Part shown: positions 1 to 14,019 of the stretch, in pieces
How positions within the stretch are numbered: the first letter of the stretch is position 1
Layout: the number at the start of each line of letters is the position of its first letter
NCBI GenBank assembly: GCA_030265395.1
Contig: JARFYF010000112.1
Coordinates: 60,885,582-60,949,581 of the forward strand
DNA: 64,000 nucleotides
Source of the DNA: Rhina ancylostomus
Lineage: Eukaryota
Direction of reading: 5' to 3'
Position numbers and translations under genes: made by a program
The notes under the pieces: generated by a model
What the model was told of the DNA's origin: nothing
Seen by the model: the letters and a program-made list of their open reading frames with translations, nothing else
The model's database searches: none

Positions 1-2789
1 CAGCATAGATAATCTGCCTCTGAAGTTCATTCCATTACTTGAATTTTGGAGGCAGAGTAGTGTATTTAGTACTTATGACTGGGGATTAATTTTTGGGCAT
101 CTGAATCACAGCACTTCCTGAGCTTCATTTATCACTGACCATTATTCTGCCAACTCGTCAACTGTTCCCTTCCATTCAAACAATTACTTATTTATTTCCA
201 GGCTTAAGCCTAAATCTCCACTTTTTTGAGTTTAAACTTTTGACCAAACTGTCAAATCTATCCTGGAAGTTAAATGCAGCGTGCTGTGTTGGAAAATAAA
301 ACCCTTGGAACACAAAGATTTTGTCCACTAACAGTGAAAATGTGATCAATGGTAGATTTCCCCATTCAGTAATTTTACAGATAGGCAAAATGTCTGCTGC
401 TGAACTGCTCTGATCCACAGAACTGATTGAAAGATGGCATGTATGCTTCCCAACAAATGCAGTAACTTACCAGACAATAGTTTGGTTCTTAAGTCTAAAC
501 CTGTCTCTGAGAGATGCAAGTTCAATCCTTGATCAATGTGGAGTTTTCAATTTGCTTCATTGGTGGCCAATTTTTGTAAGAGTGTGCTTGACCTTGGCAA
601 GCTGGATTTGCAACCTCTTCAATGTTTTGGTGTTTATAAATGGATGGTGATTTTCTGGGCTTACTCTTATCCCTAATCAGTACACAAAACTGCTTTCCTG
701 TCACTCACGTGCCATGGCTGTGCCACATGATATTATAATCTAGTGCAATTGTATCACAGTCAGATGAACTTTCCCCACTAAAATACCACACGTTCATAGC
801 ACTGAAGACTTTTCTGAATAAATAATTTTGGCTTCAATAAGACAATCTATAAATCCTGTAGTTATCTTTGTTCCTGGTTCTTGCAGACCCTAATAAGATT
901 CTACACAGCAAATTGTAAATCCGACCGGATTTCTGGTGAGGGATTAAACTGTTAGTAGTTTGCCAGAGAGGATTATCTCCTTTGCAATAGCTTCCTTCTC
1001 TACTGTTATATTCGCGGAGTAATGCAATTTATTTTCTTAATACAAGACTCAAAAATTATCTATTTTGTATTAAGTATAAGATGGTGAATTGTATCCCAAT
1101 TAAGTAGAAAGTGCATTGAATCACAGGATTGAACATTATCAGCTCATATACCCACGTCTGTTAGATGATTAATAAAATTGTACATGTGTACTGTTTTCTG
1201 CTTATAATCTGCACATGCTTACTTGACGATTTCTCGAAGGATAGCTTTGCTGTGATAAGCCATTGATAACACCCAGGTTGAATGAGTAGAAGTGAAAATT
1301 GCTAGCATGGAAAAAGTATTGGCAAAAGACAGCTGCTAGCATAAAATCTTCAAGATTTTCTATTATAATTTATATTATCTGAACTGAGTTATTGCTTTGT
1401 AACTAAACCCTTTATACCTGTTGCTTTATATCAACATAAAAAATGCTTATATTGCACTGTCTTTTCATTGCTCTGCAAGGTTTATGAGAAGGCTTTCGGG
1501 GGGGAAATGCAATGTATGACGTCTTCCCTCATGAGTGAAAGATCAGGGAATAGTTTCAGTCCCTGATCTTTGTTCAATTACTGGACTTTGGTCACAAAAT
1601 AACAATGAAAATAATGCATTTTGTGTAACTGCTCCTGACCCAAAAATACCTAGCATTCTAAAACCTAACTGTTGTGCCATAGTTTAGTGAGAAAAAAAAT
1701 GATCAAATACTTCACCATATTCTGCACTAATTGGATTAATTAATCTAAAGCAAAAGTTTATCTTTTATGAGCTATCAAGTCACACAATGATTGGAATAAA
1801 GTTCACCAAATTATTACTGAAGAGATATCTATGCCTGAACAAAAACACTAGATGATGATGTACTATGAAATAAGGAATGATGAATGTTTTGTCCGTATTC
1901 TACCTTTATTGTTCTGAAGGCAATGACTGATATTAAAGATGGTTTCATGGAAGCAAGCAGATTAATTCTGTACATTTCTTATGGTTAGTCCTCATGTGAG
2001 GATCTTAATAGTGTGGGTTAGTTTGTTTTAAGCTGTGGGAAGAGAAGAAAGCATCAGATTCCATTATGTCCTCACTCAACGTTTAAGTTAATGATCCCCA
2101 CATTACAATCAGGAAGCTTGAAGACTNNNNNNNNNNNNNNNNNNNNNNNNNNNNNNNNNNNNNACTGAATCATTTTCCTTAATGTTGACGATTGAAAACT
2201 AAGTCTGAAAGACATGTTATGCAAGAAATCAATGTCACATCGCAAACCCTTTGATTGTCAATCCATGCACAATGCTCCCATGAGCTCAGGTTTCATTTAG
2301 CAGTGACAATATGTGTAATGCACAATATGTGAGATCATTTTGTGACTGACTAAAGTGGGGAAAACATCAGCTTCTCAAGGATGATCTATGCACGGAAGTA
2401 TCTGAATCTGTTTCCATGGGGGTATGATTGCACTCCCAGTCAAAGTATTTTTTTATGTACAATTTGCAGAAGAATAATGCACAAAGCCACCTTCATGCAA
2501 GTCATTGGTACTAAAATAATTATGGCTGCTGGAAATTCTGAACTTCACATTGACCAATGCATCATTTCAGCAGGAGCCATGCCATTGAGGAAAGTATTGA
2601 TCATTTGTCGCTATTCCTGTGAATATTGGTGATGTTGTACAAATTTTCTCATAACTGCAGTTTAAATACACATCATCTCTGCTGTCTATTCTTCCTGAAA
2701 ATATTTTTAAATTCAATGATGTGGGCAGTTTCTGTATTACCATCTCACTTATTTGATTTGGATTGTTTCTGACCCAAATATACAGCAGA

Positions 2790-3520
2790 TCAGAAATAGG
2801 ATAGAAATAAATGGGTTATTTTCAGGTTTCAGGAGGTTGTTATTAGTTCATATCAAGGATCAGTACTGGGTCCTCATTCATTTATGTTCCACAATGATGA
2901 CTTAAAGGATAGGAAGAATAATATCCAATTTTTGGAAGTGGGGCACCCAACACAGCCACTAACAAATCAACCAGTTGATACAAATCAACCAATCCAAGCT
3001 GCAGGACACACTAAATGGAAAATAAAACTATTACGTATCCTTGTGCAGGCTTTTGATGTCATTAATGCCATGTATAATGACATTAAAAAAAAAGAGATTA
3101 AGAAAGTATATGATAAATTGCCCTTGATTGCAAGTGCGGTAGGAGTTCAAGAATAAGGAAGATCTTGAAAACTGCTGATGCTGGAAATCTAAAAGTAGAA
3201 AATGCTGGAAGCACTCAGCAGATCAGGCAACTTCAGTGGAGTCAGATGCAGAGTTAACATCTGGTTGATAACCTTTCAGTGTTTTCTGATTTTCTTTCAT
3301 ATTTTCATCATCAGCAGTTTTCCATATCCTCTGGAGTTTAGAAAAATAGAAGGAGATCTCATTAAAATATAAGAGTTTGAGAGGGCTTGAAAGGGTATCT
3401 AGCAGACATCGTTTCTCCTGGGTTGAGAATCTACAACTCAACTGGCCACTTCAGATGAAGATCACACTGGCCTCTGTGAAAATTTGGAGTTCTCTAGCCC
3501 AGAAAGCACAGATGTTGAGT
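2790..3520 (+). mobile_element. Decayed CR1 LINE fragments (RT region and 3' part), interrupted by younger insertions
   Basis: CAAGGATCAGTACTGGGTCCT (QGSVLGP) near 2853. An RGDLI-like segment aggagatctcattaaaatata lies near 3350. Confidence 0.6.
3168..3321. mobile_element. Penelope-derived short element with inverted ends
   Basis: Starts aaaactgctgatgctggaaat and ends attttcatcatcagcagtttt. The body atgctggaagcactcagcagatcaggca is shared with other copies in the window. Confidence 0.6.
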
Positions 3521-3521
3521 A

Positions 3522-3706
3522 CAGATGTTCCTCCATTTACAAAAGGGGTGTGTTCCTGAAAAACATTCTGTCTGGTAAAATTTCTTTAATCAAAAAGGCT
3601 GGGTAAAACACAATTTGGGTATTTTGGTACAGTATATTCCTACAGGGAGAGAGTAGTGCATTATTCATTATAATGAAAAATATATTTGTAAACTGGAGGT
3701 GCCTAT
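3522..3706. mobile_element. Degenerate Tc1/pogo(Tigger)-type MITE
   Basis: TA|CAGATGTTCCTCCATTTAC ... GTAAACTGGAGG imperfect TIRs. The left end resembles the element at 38483. Confidence 0.5.
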
Positions 3707-4434
3707 CCTCAAGAGCCAGTGGTGCTGTATTGAAAATTAGTAAACAAAACGCCCATAATTAGAGGAAATATCTTCATTTCCACGCCAAAGTTGATCGGTT
3801 GTTCTTGGAATTTAGCTCCTAAATCAGCCATAATGTCAGCAGATCAGGCGTGTGTGGGGATTTTGTTGGGGGTGGGGACCTGTGGGTTGGTGGCTATTTA
3901 ACTGCCTATTCCAAATTCTCATGCCCTTACGTTATCAGCCTACAAAGCTGGATTAATTTCATAACCACATTTGTAAAATATGCAAAGATTTCATGTACTA
4001 TTAAAAAAAGGATTAATTCAGAGCTTTCGTATTCTAAACCCTTAAAATGAATGAGCTGTACTCACACATTGTAATAGTCATCTCATATACAACAATATAA
4101 CGTTGCAACAACCATCTCAACATGTCTTTCTCCCTATAATCCAATTCCCAAACCAAATTATAACAATAAGGTAAAATTCTTTGCAATATTAATAAGAATT
4201 AATCAAGTCAAAACCACCTCCCTAGCAGCTGTTCAGAATTAACTTGGCATTACATCCCCTGGCAGCTTAATTAAAACAGATAAAATACATTTACAGATGT
4301 TCCAAAGATTCTTGAAGATTAAAACAAGAGCATGGAAATTTGTAACTTGTGTAAATGAGTTCTAAACACAACATGGTGCTCTGCTCAAAATATAACCAAA
4401 TACATATTTAGCAAGATCACATTACATATTTTAG

Positions 4435-4760
4435 CCTGGCTCAGTGGGTGGAATTCCTACTTGAATCAGAATATTCTTTGCTCCTGGTCCATGAACAATG
4501 TAGACTAACTTTCCAGTGTTATGTCTGCGACAAACCTGAGTCTGTTTGTTCCAGTTGCTCATGTGACAGGTTAAACCCCATAGGGAGGTGACCTGACAAA
4601 CATTCCTTCATTAAGTAATGTCACCAGAGAGCAATTAAGTGGTCAAGTTCATGTGATTGCTGTTCATGGTACCTGCTGTATGACAAATGGTTGCTTTTTT
4701 TCCCCCCTTGTCAATGGTCACTGCATTTTCTTATATGGGAGGTCATAAAGAAGCAGCTTT
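4435..4760 (+). mobile_element. DeuSINE/SacSINE1-like tRNA SINE, decayed
   Basis: GGCTCAGTGGGT A-box head and a Deu-domain-like attgctgtt...ctgctgtatgacaaatggttgc segment. Confidence 0.5.
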
Positions 4761-5199
4761 TTGATTAGCAGGTCTGCATGGAATAAGGATGGCATATCAC
4801 ATTGTTAGCTCAGTACAAGTGATAAAAATGAAACTGCACCTCAAAGAGAAACATATGCTCCACCAGGAAAAGGCAGACCAATAAATGGAAATAAAAATTC
4901 TCGCACATGTACAGTGAACGCACATCATAATTAGTCCAGCGGTAGTAAAGTGCTTCTGACCACATCATAAAGCCTGATGCAAATGCAAGGGTTTTCTTAA
5001 AACTGACTCCTGCGACAACTTCTTGATCAGATTCACAGAGTATACATAGAAGGGTGAGAAAGCACATCACATTCAAAAAGCATTGCAAGGAAAAGTGAAT
5101 TAATAAGTCCCTGCCACTTAAAGAACTTTGATTCAGAGATGATGAGCTAGAGTTTGAGATCTGGACACTGACGCAACAGGGATAGAGAAAGTTAACCCA

Positions 5200-6400
5200 A
5201 ACACTTTGTTCCAGCAGGCAGTTGCACTCCTTTGATTAAATACTGCAGAACTGGTTAGTCAAGAGGGATGGCAGGGTATGACCACAAGCGAGGTGTTTTG
5301 GGCATCCTGAAGGTACCATTAGAAAAACCTCAGCTCTTGCATATCCATGATGCACAAGGTTCTTGTAGCTTGTATGGATGAGAGCAGGGACATAAAGAAG
5401 GTGAACAATCTGACTGCAGCACTATGTTAACAGGGAACTCAAGTCGTGGGTGTGAAAAGGAATGTAGCAGTGATAGGGTACTGAATAATTAAGGGGATAG
5501 ATAATGTTCTCTGCTGTTGCAAGAGAGTCCTGAAGGCTGTATTACCTACCCAGTGCCAGTGTTAAGGCTATCTCCTCAGCACTGGAGGAGATTAGATCGA
5601 AGGGAAAGATCCAGTTGTCATGTTCCATGAGGGAACCAGCAATATAAAGAGGACAAAGGAGGTGTTTTTGCTGAAGGAGTAGGGGGAGCTGGAATCCAAA
5701 TTTTAAAAAAATTCGCTGAAGTACNNNNNNNNNNAAGTACCATCTGAGCCTTGTGCAAATTGGCCGTGGGTCAATAAGATTGGAGAATTAGATGTGTGGG
5801 TCAAAGATTGGCATGAGGTAGATAGGTTTCAATTCATAGGGCACTGGTGCCAGTGTTGAGGAAAGTGGGAGCTAACCTGATGAAACAGGCTTCACTTGAA
5901 TTGGCTTGGGACCAGTGGTCCTAGTAAATTGAATTTCTTTGAACTCTAAATACTAATGGGGGGAAGGGGGATTGTGGGAGGTGGATGGAGGGTTCCATTG
6001 AGGGAAAATCAGGAAAGTTAAAGATAAAAGACAAGATGACTGTGCAGGATAGCAAAATTGGTAACAATAACCAGGGTTTGACAGGAGGGAACAGAGACCA
6101 CCAGTACACCTCCAATTTCAGTCAGAGCAGGGTTGAAGGTTCCACATCTGAATGAAAATAAGATAGATGAATTAATAGCAAAACTATAAATAAATGGGCA
6201 CATAACAGCTGTGGAGGCTCAATCCCTGAGTGAATTCAAGAAAATGATTGATAGTTTATGATATTAAGGGAACATTGGAATATGGGCTTAGGGCAGCAAA
6301 GTCACACTGAGGTAAAACATCAGCCATGATCTTATTGAATGGCAGAGCAGGCACTAGAGGCTAAATGGCCTCCTGTTGCTCCTATTTCTTGTACGTCTTT
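5200..6400 (+). mobile_element. Internally deleted CR1 LINE (ORF1 SGNH/esterase remnant fused to 3' UTR)
   Basis: 5460-5900 reads as decayed VxIG..IIKGID / YLPSASVK / EGKDPVVMFHEGT, the CR1 ORF1 esterase. An endonuclease start (KIDELIAK) lies at ~6158. A typical CR1 3' end cagccatgatcttattgaatggcagagcagg...aatggcctcct follows at 6200-6400. Confidence 0.7.
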
Positions 6401-7694
6401 GAAGAATGTTGGGAGATTTAATGCAAATAAATTATTTCTGATGGAAGCTGCTCAAGTGACTGTCAAATTTCTTACAAAAAAAAATCACATTTAAATTATG
6501 TTCCCAACACTTGAAATTTTTGTTTTGTTTTATAAGCAAAAATAATATAAATTACACAATGGGGACATTTCAAAGGGATTTTCAAATGAAACTATGAATG
6601 TATTAACTTTTATCCCTGATGGTATCATTCCTGTTACATATCTTTTCTCACTCTGAACATTCAATAAAATAAACTTTTAATTTACAAGGACAGGAGTAGA
6701 GAGGGAACTGCCCCATTGAGGCAGTCCCCGTGTTGATGGTCATTACCACACTTTGTTTCTTCCCATTCTGTCCAAGCTTATCACATATATCCCTGTCATT
6801 CATGAGAGGCGAGGGAAGAATATTTCAGTTCAGATATTCTCAAACTAACTTTGTTGGGTTCCACTTCAGAAAGATTTGTTTTTTTTTAGCCATGTCACAA
6901 GAATGAATAAAAACTATTGCTTAGAACTCCAATATGTACCGCTGTTTATTTCAGTACCACATGACTGAAAATACAATTCGGGTTGTGGGAAATACAATAA
7001 AACCGTATCTGGACCACTTCATGTCACTCTGAAGTACGTTCTGAGTACTGCATTGGACACACATTATGACATCTTTTCTAAGCAGCACTTCTTTTGGAGT
7101 ATTGCAACAGAAATTAGTCATTCCTGGGACGGACATGATTTCATATTGTAGCATTGGACTGGAATGTTACTAGTGTAAGACCTTCTATCCTTTAGGCCCT
7201 CCGAAAGAGCTAGAATTACCTTCTGTCCTCTGGGCTTTCCAAGGCCTTGAACCCTGCTCCATCCCTGCTCGACTCCTGACCCCGCAAATACCCCTGGCCC
7301 AATATTCAATTGGCTTCCATGACCCAATGTCTCTTTGCAGCATTGGCTCCACTAACCTAAAGAAAGTCCATAAACATAACCTTCACCCCTGCCTCAACTG
7401 GCATTGATCCTACCCTGCAAGACCTCCATTCTCTGGTTGCCAAACCCAGCACTCATTGTGACTTCAACCACTGGCCCCACATCCAGCCTTGGTTCCAAAC
7501 ANNNNNNNNNNNNNNNNNNNNNNNNNNNNNNNNNNNNNNNNNNNNNNNNNNNNNNNNNNNNNNNNNNNNNNNNNNNNNNNNNNNNNNNNNNNNNNNNNNN
7601 NCTTGGTTCCAAACAATGTATTTTCACTGTGGATCTTCAGCAGTGTTTGAGGCCTTGGGCTTTGGGTGCTACTGAAGATCACTGAACATACTTA

Positions 7695-7990
7695 TATTGA
7701 CACAACAGAAGGCTGCTCAGCTCAACAGATCCATGCCAGCCATAGAGAACAATTACATTATCCAAAACTCCTTTCCCTGTATCCCTGCAACTTATTCTTT
7801 CTCACATGCCCATAAACTCTTTCAGCAATCATGCCACACCAAGCAGTATCTTTTTTTTACATTAACCAATTAACTTACCAAGATAAATTTGGGATATGGG
7901 AGGAAGCCAGAATACTCAAAGGGAACCCACACAGCAATGGAAAGAATTTGCATACTCTGCAAAGGCAGCAACCAAGGTCAGGCCACGACT
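7695..7990 (-). mobile_element. HE1/V-SINE-like element, decayed
   Basis: V-domain-like gggaggaagccagaatactcaaagggaacccacacagc and a CR1-derived tail at the left. Confidence 0.65.
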
Positions 7991-8790
7991 GAGAAATCAT
8001 CTGCATGCTGCTTGATAGCTAGACCATGTATCTATAATGGCAATTCCAGGCCTGTTTACCTTGATGACTGTGCCCTCTTCTAACAACCACAACCCCCAGA
8101 AGCAAAGAACTTTTTTTAAGTTTCTGCCACTGAATCTACCTCAGAAAGAAAGATCCTCATGTTGATTTTAAGTTTAGAAATGCATCAGCCAGGAGAGACT
8201 GTGGCTTTGATAGCCCCAGCATTTTCATGGCTTTGCATCAGTAAACTGCCACCTTTAGCAAGTCCTGAGAATCAACCAACCAGTGGACAGTGGTGGTAGC
8301 TCATGGGAGACTGATGCTCACAAACCGGTGGACCCTCCTGATTGATGAGCCAGAAGAGAATGTTAAATGAGGGAGAGACAATCCTAAGGAGTGGGGGTGG
8401 GCACTGCCACAGAGGAGGAAGATTGCTGTGGGGGTGTGAAAGATAATATTTAAGATTTACTAGGTAGATCCAAATTGTTTCTAAACAAAGCACAAAGCAC
8501 ATTCTTACATTGATAACATATGGTTGAAATAGAGGTTTCAACAGTCACAAATTTTTTTTTTACACATGAAAGAAGAAACAGATTCAGCAGAATACTAAAG
8601 ACCAAATAAGGATATGAAGTTAATAGATCAAGGATAAAGGGAAGGGAATGTGACAAAAGGCTACTTGGAGAGTGCCCAGAAATAGATAAGAACATACATA
8701 CAGGTAGACACGCTAACCAGATAGAATCAAGAGAGTTGGTAAGCTGTTTGAGCATGAGTAGAAAGGAAATCAGCCCAAACTGTTCCCTTC

Positions 8791-8800
8791 ATATATTATA

Positions 8801-8841
<41 letters not shown>

Positions 8842-8888
8842 CCATACACACACATTATATACATAAATACATACACAGATACACACAG
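8791..8888. repeat. (TA)n(CA)~14 microsatellite with degenerate CA/TA flank
   Basis: Directly visible; pure CA run at ~8811-8838. Confidence 0.95.
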
Positions 8889-11800
8889 AGTATAAGGTTT
8901 GCTGGATATTGCTTGGTAGTAATCCCAGCTAATTTTCACCACCCTAACCCAAGGCAATAGTTTCAATCCCATCGGATACAGTAAGCAAATGCAGGTTGGA
9001 CACGGTATCAAACCTGGGGCCTTCAAGTATTTGTCATGGTTACCCTTTGCCTTAAAATGGTGGATGTTAGGATATTCACAGCAATACTTCCAAACTAGCT
9101 GAAATTATGACCATAGTTGTTCTTTCTGCCAAACCACCCCTAAAGCATGGATCTCTATCTTTAAGTGTAAATCCCAACCCACCCATTTTAATTAGTGGAA
9201 TTACTGCTGTGTGATTTAGATACAGATGGGAGAAAAGAAGTGGCACTTGAAGTGATATCCGAAAACTAATATCTCATATTAAATTAATGACGATGTTCAA
9301 CCATATATTATCTTAATTTACATAATGCAATGTTTAATTAGCTGCAAAGTTTTTCATACACACTTAATATTTCATGCAATATTCCTTTTTATATTCTTGT
9401 ATTAATTTTGCATTGTGGATCCCATTGCCACACACGTCAATTAAGAGTGGAAATATGTAACCTGGTCAAGGCCTCAATGAATGTTCAACTGGTCAGCAAA
9501 AGATGCAACAATGAAATGCATTGATTACCCAATGATCTGCTTTTTATCTATAAAGAAATAAAGCTTGCTGCCTTCTCCATATGGGTTAGCTAAGACTTAA
9601 AATTCACTCACTGGAATCAATAATTAACCTTAAGCCCTATAATTTTATGGCATGTTGTACTGGTACATCAATGTAATGTGCCACTGGGCTGTCCGTTTGT
9701 CGAATTGTTCCCTTGAGGTTGAAATTTCCTCTACTATCTTTTTCTCTCATCGATATTCCAAGGCTGTTCTCTCCTTCCCTGAAGGCATCAAGTCCTTCCT
9801 GAGATAGAATTCTACAACTGCTGGGCACCCACTTGTACCTTGGCAAGGGGACTGTAATTTATCTGCATGTCTGGTTTTAAATAGCTAAAAGAATGGAGAA
9901 CAGAATGCTCAATGAGCTAGTTAAGTGTTTGCCTGCTAATATCCCCTACCTTTAGAATGCAGTAATATTCAGTACAAAACTGTGACTGACAAAACAGTCC
10001 CACAAAAACCCATAACATTCTGTCAAACCATGCAAAAAAAAGGGTTTAAATAGCTCAATCTGACTTAGTGTAAAAAGGCAAGATTTGCTGGTGTTTAAGA
10101 TGCGTCAGACCCCAAATAGAGTTCACAATGGATTTCACTTGTACTGTTAACCTTGTCACATAAGTTACAATGATTTGGTCAGGCCTCTTTGTTCTCTGAA
10201 TTCAATCACTTCTAATTAAACCTCAGCAAAACACTAATTTGAAAGCTGGTTGACTCATCACTGAGGAACCACTATTAGTGGTTTACTGGACACTGAAAGG
10301 ACAGAATGCCAATAAAAATTTCTGTAACTCATTTTGACAGTAAAAGTGAACACAGCTTAATAAAATAATGTAACTTGGCCAGTCCTGTTATACCATTAAG
10401 AATAGCTTTCACTTATATTGTGCAGTGAACACAAAACTTCCCCAAAAACTTGCCCTAAAAACTTCATCCTGGCAAGTTAATTTACCAAGCTAATTAACTG
10501 CAATTTCTCAAATTTATATTCCAAATCTGGAAGTGTAAACAAATGTTTGTAATTTTGCAGTGCCACATTCACTTTTGCTAACCTTGGCATAATTGAATTA
10601 TTAAGTTATCAGCTAATTCATGATGCACTCAAGATAGCAATATTAACGGAATAACTCAAAGTAATTGCCATTTTTCCGTGTCTGAACATTTTGAATTTTT
10701 GTTTGAACACAAAATTGAGGTCTTCAGTTTGTCTAACTTTTCAACTTTCGTAAAGATTATGTGTCAACCCTTACTCTCCTGATTTACACAATTGATTGGC
10801 TGAGGCTCTTTGGATGTCTCTTTCACAGACTTAGTTGAATAAATTGATGCTTGCACATCTCATTCATCGACTAGATAAATGGAGTCGATCTATTGGTCTC
10901 TGAGCCCACAATCCCACCAAATGACATCAAATTGAGAGATGTAGTTGTGGAGGAATGAAAGTCTCACTGCTGTTGGTGGAAAATAGGCATTTTCTTGATG
11001 GAATCCCTTACAGGTTTTCAGAGCATGCAAAGGAGCTTTATCCTCTGTGCATGTTATATATGGGCTGTTCGATCACAACTCCATGCAAAATATGAATGTT
11101 TTGGTCACCAACATTATCATTCCCCTACCTTAGCAAAATTTTCCCTTCCTTTGCCATCTTCCCCGTTAATAAAGTGTGTAGCCAACATTCTAAATTAGCG
11201 ATGACAGGAAGTTTGGACTTGGGTAGTACATTCAGTCCTGAGCGTTTTTATAATTATTTGTATTCTATGCACATATAACAGTCACTACAGAAACTGGCTG
11301 CACAAAATTGACAATTCTTTTTTAATCATTCTGGCATAGCTGCTCCCTAGAAGATAACAGGCTGGCACGGTAGGAGCATTTCAGCATATTCAAACAGTTT
11401 GTGAGCAAGTCTACAGCCAGAGAAAACGGGAAAAGCTCCAGGATCAATACAAATCTGCACCAGGACAGAAAATGAAATCCACACTGTCTAAACCATCAGC
11501 ATCTGACCTTTATATCTCAAATCTGGATTTGTTGCAAAACATCTTCACTTTCTGAAAGGAATTTCACCCCCCCCCCACCAAGTAAAAAAATGTTTCAATT
11601 TACAAATGGCTTTAACTGCAGCCACTTCCTTTACTTTGCAAATTTTTAGTCCACTGGCAATAATGGAGGGGTGAGAGGAAGGTAAAGAGGTATTTCTGTG
11701 TTCTTCATGAATATCCATCAAAATCTCTTAATCCCCAGAAGCACTTAGGAAGCCAAGAAGTAAAATAAATGGCATTGATTATAATCGGTTGGCCTTTCCA

Positions 11801-12029
11801 CATTATCTCATTTTAGTCAACTTGCCAAAATTGTGCCATCTGCTCTGTAAGATGCTAACTTAGAAAAGACTCTTAAACCTAATGCACAGACAAAGTGTTG
11901 AGCAAGCTCCAGATGACCTGCAGTACTTATTCATTGCAGTCCCTTTAGAAAGCGATTAAGAGCTCTCCTGATGATTCACTAAGTTTATCCAAGGCATAAC
12001 TAAGCCAGGAAGATCCTCCTTCCGATCCC

Positions 12030-12235
12030 TCATAAGCATCAAGTTAAGTGATCTCAGCTGGCCTCAGCTCTCTCTGACTCAGGGGAGCGGGGTGAGGGAG
12101 TGGGGGTGGAAATGCTCTGTGTTCCTGCAGCAACCATGAGTCCCTAGTGGAAATGAATATTGTGTGAACAATTACAGAGAGTAGGATCAGAGTTGGCTCA
12201 GATGTTTTTCCACAGTGGCAAAACCTGACAAACGT
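12030..12235 (+). mobile_element. Ancient tRNA-SINE-like family, unassigned; related copies ~8900-9040(-), 16980-17200(-), 22600-22790(-), 24555-24760(+), 43720-44020(+), 56590-56810(-)
   Basis: Shared degenerate blocks such as gtgaggacaggat..ggct, cagccagg.ttcctgct..tgat..ctatccagtgaccc and tgaatagcctg, recognisable between copies by eye. Confidence 0.45.
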
Positions 12236-12268
12236 TGTTTACTCTTGAATAATGGACAAGGTGCCTTC

Positions 12269-12585
12269 AAACATAGAACATAGAACAGTACAACACAGGA
12301 GAAGGACCTTCAGCCCATGACATCCATTCCAACCATGATGCCAATCCAAACTAATCCCATCTTCCTGCACATGGTCTATATCCATCCATGAAGGGTCCAG
12401 AGGAAGGGTCTTGACCTGAACCATTGACTGTCCATTTCCTTCCACAGATGCTGCCTGACCCACCGAGTTCCTCTAGGTTCCAGTATCTGCAGTCTCTTGT
12501 GTCTCCCTCCATTCCCGCCTTGGTTATGTGTCTGTCTAAATGCCTCTTAAATGTTGCTATCGTATCTGCTTCTACCACTTCACCT
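12269..12585 (-). mobile_element. CR1 3'-end fragment split by a nested Penelope-derived insertion
   Basis: (ATAGAAC)n tail, cttcagccca stem region and the TFKRHLD-like ORF2 end (ORF 12351-12614). Confidence 0.75.
12390..12504 (+). mobile_element. Penelope-derived short element with decayed hammerhead core
   Basis: gtccagaggaagggtcttgacctgaaccattgactgtccatttccttccacagatgctgcctgacc... Flanked by tccatccat / tccctccat, a putative TSD. Confidence 0.75.
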
Positions 12586-14019
12586 GGATTCCACCACTTC
12601 CACTGAAATACCAATGTCCCAGCAAAGTGTCAAGATTCAAATGGAGGAGAGAACATTACAAGAAAACCATGATCTGCCTGCCATTTTCTGCAGCACCATG
12701 TGAATCAATTCAGAAAATGGCAATTTTAAATATGAAAGACCTTCATGATTTCTCATAAGAGTTTTTCCACTTTCTTACAGAATCATTTCCTTGCTGGTTA
12801 CAGTGATACTTTTTAAGCTATTCAGACGGTGGAGTAAGTCTTGGGCAGTAGCACAGATTGGTGGTGGCGTATCCAGAGTCTGGTCATCCAAACTCAGTTC
12901 TCCATTGTTATGGAAATGGGTTTCCTGCATTTTGATAATCTGACAAAATTTCATGGATATTAATATTTCTCAGAAAATGTTTTGATACACTTGGGTTTTC
13001 CACTGGAACCTTTTCTTGCCCTGTGCACAATAATGCTTCTATTCTGATTAATATCCTTCCAAACAGCACCCTCCACCAACTGTGGTCTCAGAAGATGGGC
13101 TCAGTTTACTTCTGCAATATTAACCATTCTCCGCAATCCCTACACATTTCCATATTTCTCCTTTACCTTGAAAATCTTCTTCAAAACCTACTCTTTATGA
13201 TGGAGCCTTAATCATCTGTGAAGCTCCACTCTCAGCAAAACTCTGCATTCTTTTTCAGTTTGTGAAATGTTTTAAGTCTTTTTTTTAAATCACATTAAAT
13301 TAATTACATTGTGATTGCTTACAGTATAAATTACCGTTTGAAGCATGTGACAGCACAGCCAGATAAATGGCCACAGCCCTCTAGTTTATTCGAATTGCCA
13401 TAAATTGAGCAACATATGTTCTTCAAATGAAAGTTAAAGTTACAAAACTATAAATTTATATATATAAAAAAGCAAAGGTCAATAACAGAATGCAACTTTG
13501 CAAATTTGGTACCTTGCATTCTAGATTTTTGTGGAGGAATGAGTAGTTGTTGGATTGCACTCAATACCTGATCCTCCTTTGCTCTAATACACAGACTTTT
13601 TATTCCAGTCCCAAGAGGAATACGGTTGGACTTCAGGCCAGGTTTAAGCAATGCTTGGGAGAGATTGCCTCTGCAAAGGCACATTGCGTCACCAGATGAA
13701 AGGTGGATGAGTTATCTGGAGCAACAAGTCTTTCAGTTCTGCAGTGAAAACTCAGGTGTTTATTAGACTATGTGGAATATCCTATTTCCATTGCTTGGCA
13801 CAGGAATACACTTTGCCTGTATGTACAAACCCTTGCTGAGTAGCACACATGACAAATTTTCAGGAAGCAAACCCAACCTTCTCCTTGTCTTCCTGCAACA
13901 TCAAAGGTGAACTCAGCAGTTTTGAGTTTATGGAATTATACCTTTATAAAAATGAGTTTCCTACAAAAGTACACCTTAATAAAAATTTACATTGTTAAAA
14001 CTTTGATTCCTATTGAAAT

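Noticed and set aside
1538-1571. Perfect 12-bp hairpin followed by Ts, resembling an intrinsic terminator
   Set aside because: Eukaryotic context with no upstream gene; it probably belongs to a decayed SINE head.
7488-7615. Direct repeats flanking N-gaps (also 15374-15510, 45750-45925, 5720-5740)
   Set aside because: Identical sequence on both sides of placeholder gaps indicates unmerged contig overlaps, not biological repeats or TSDs.
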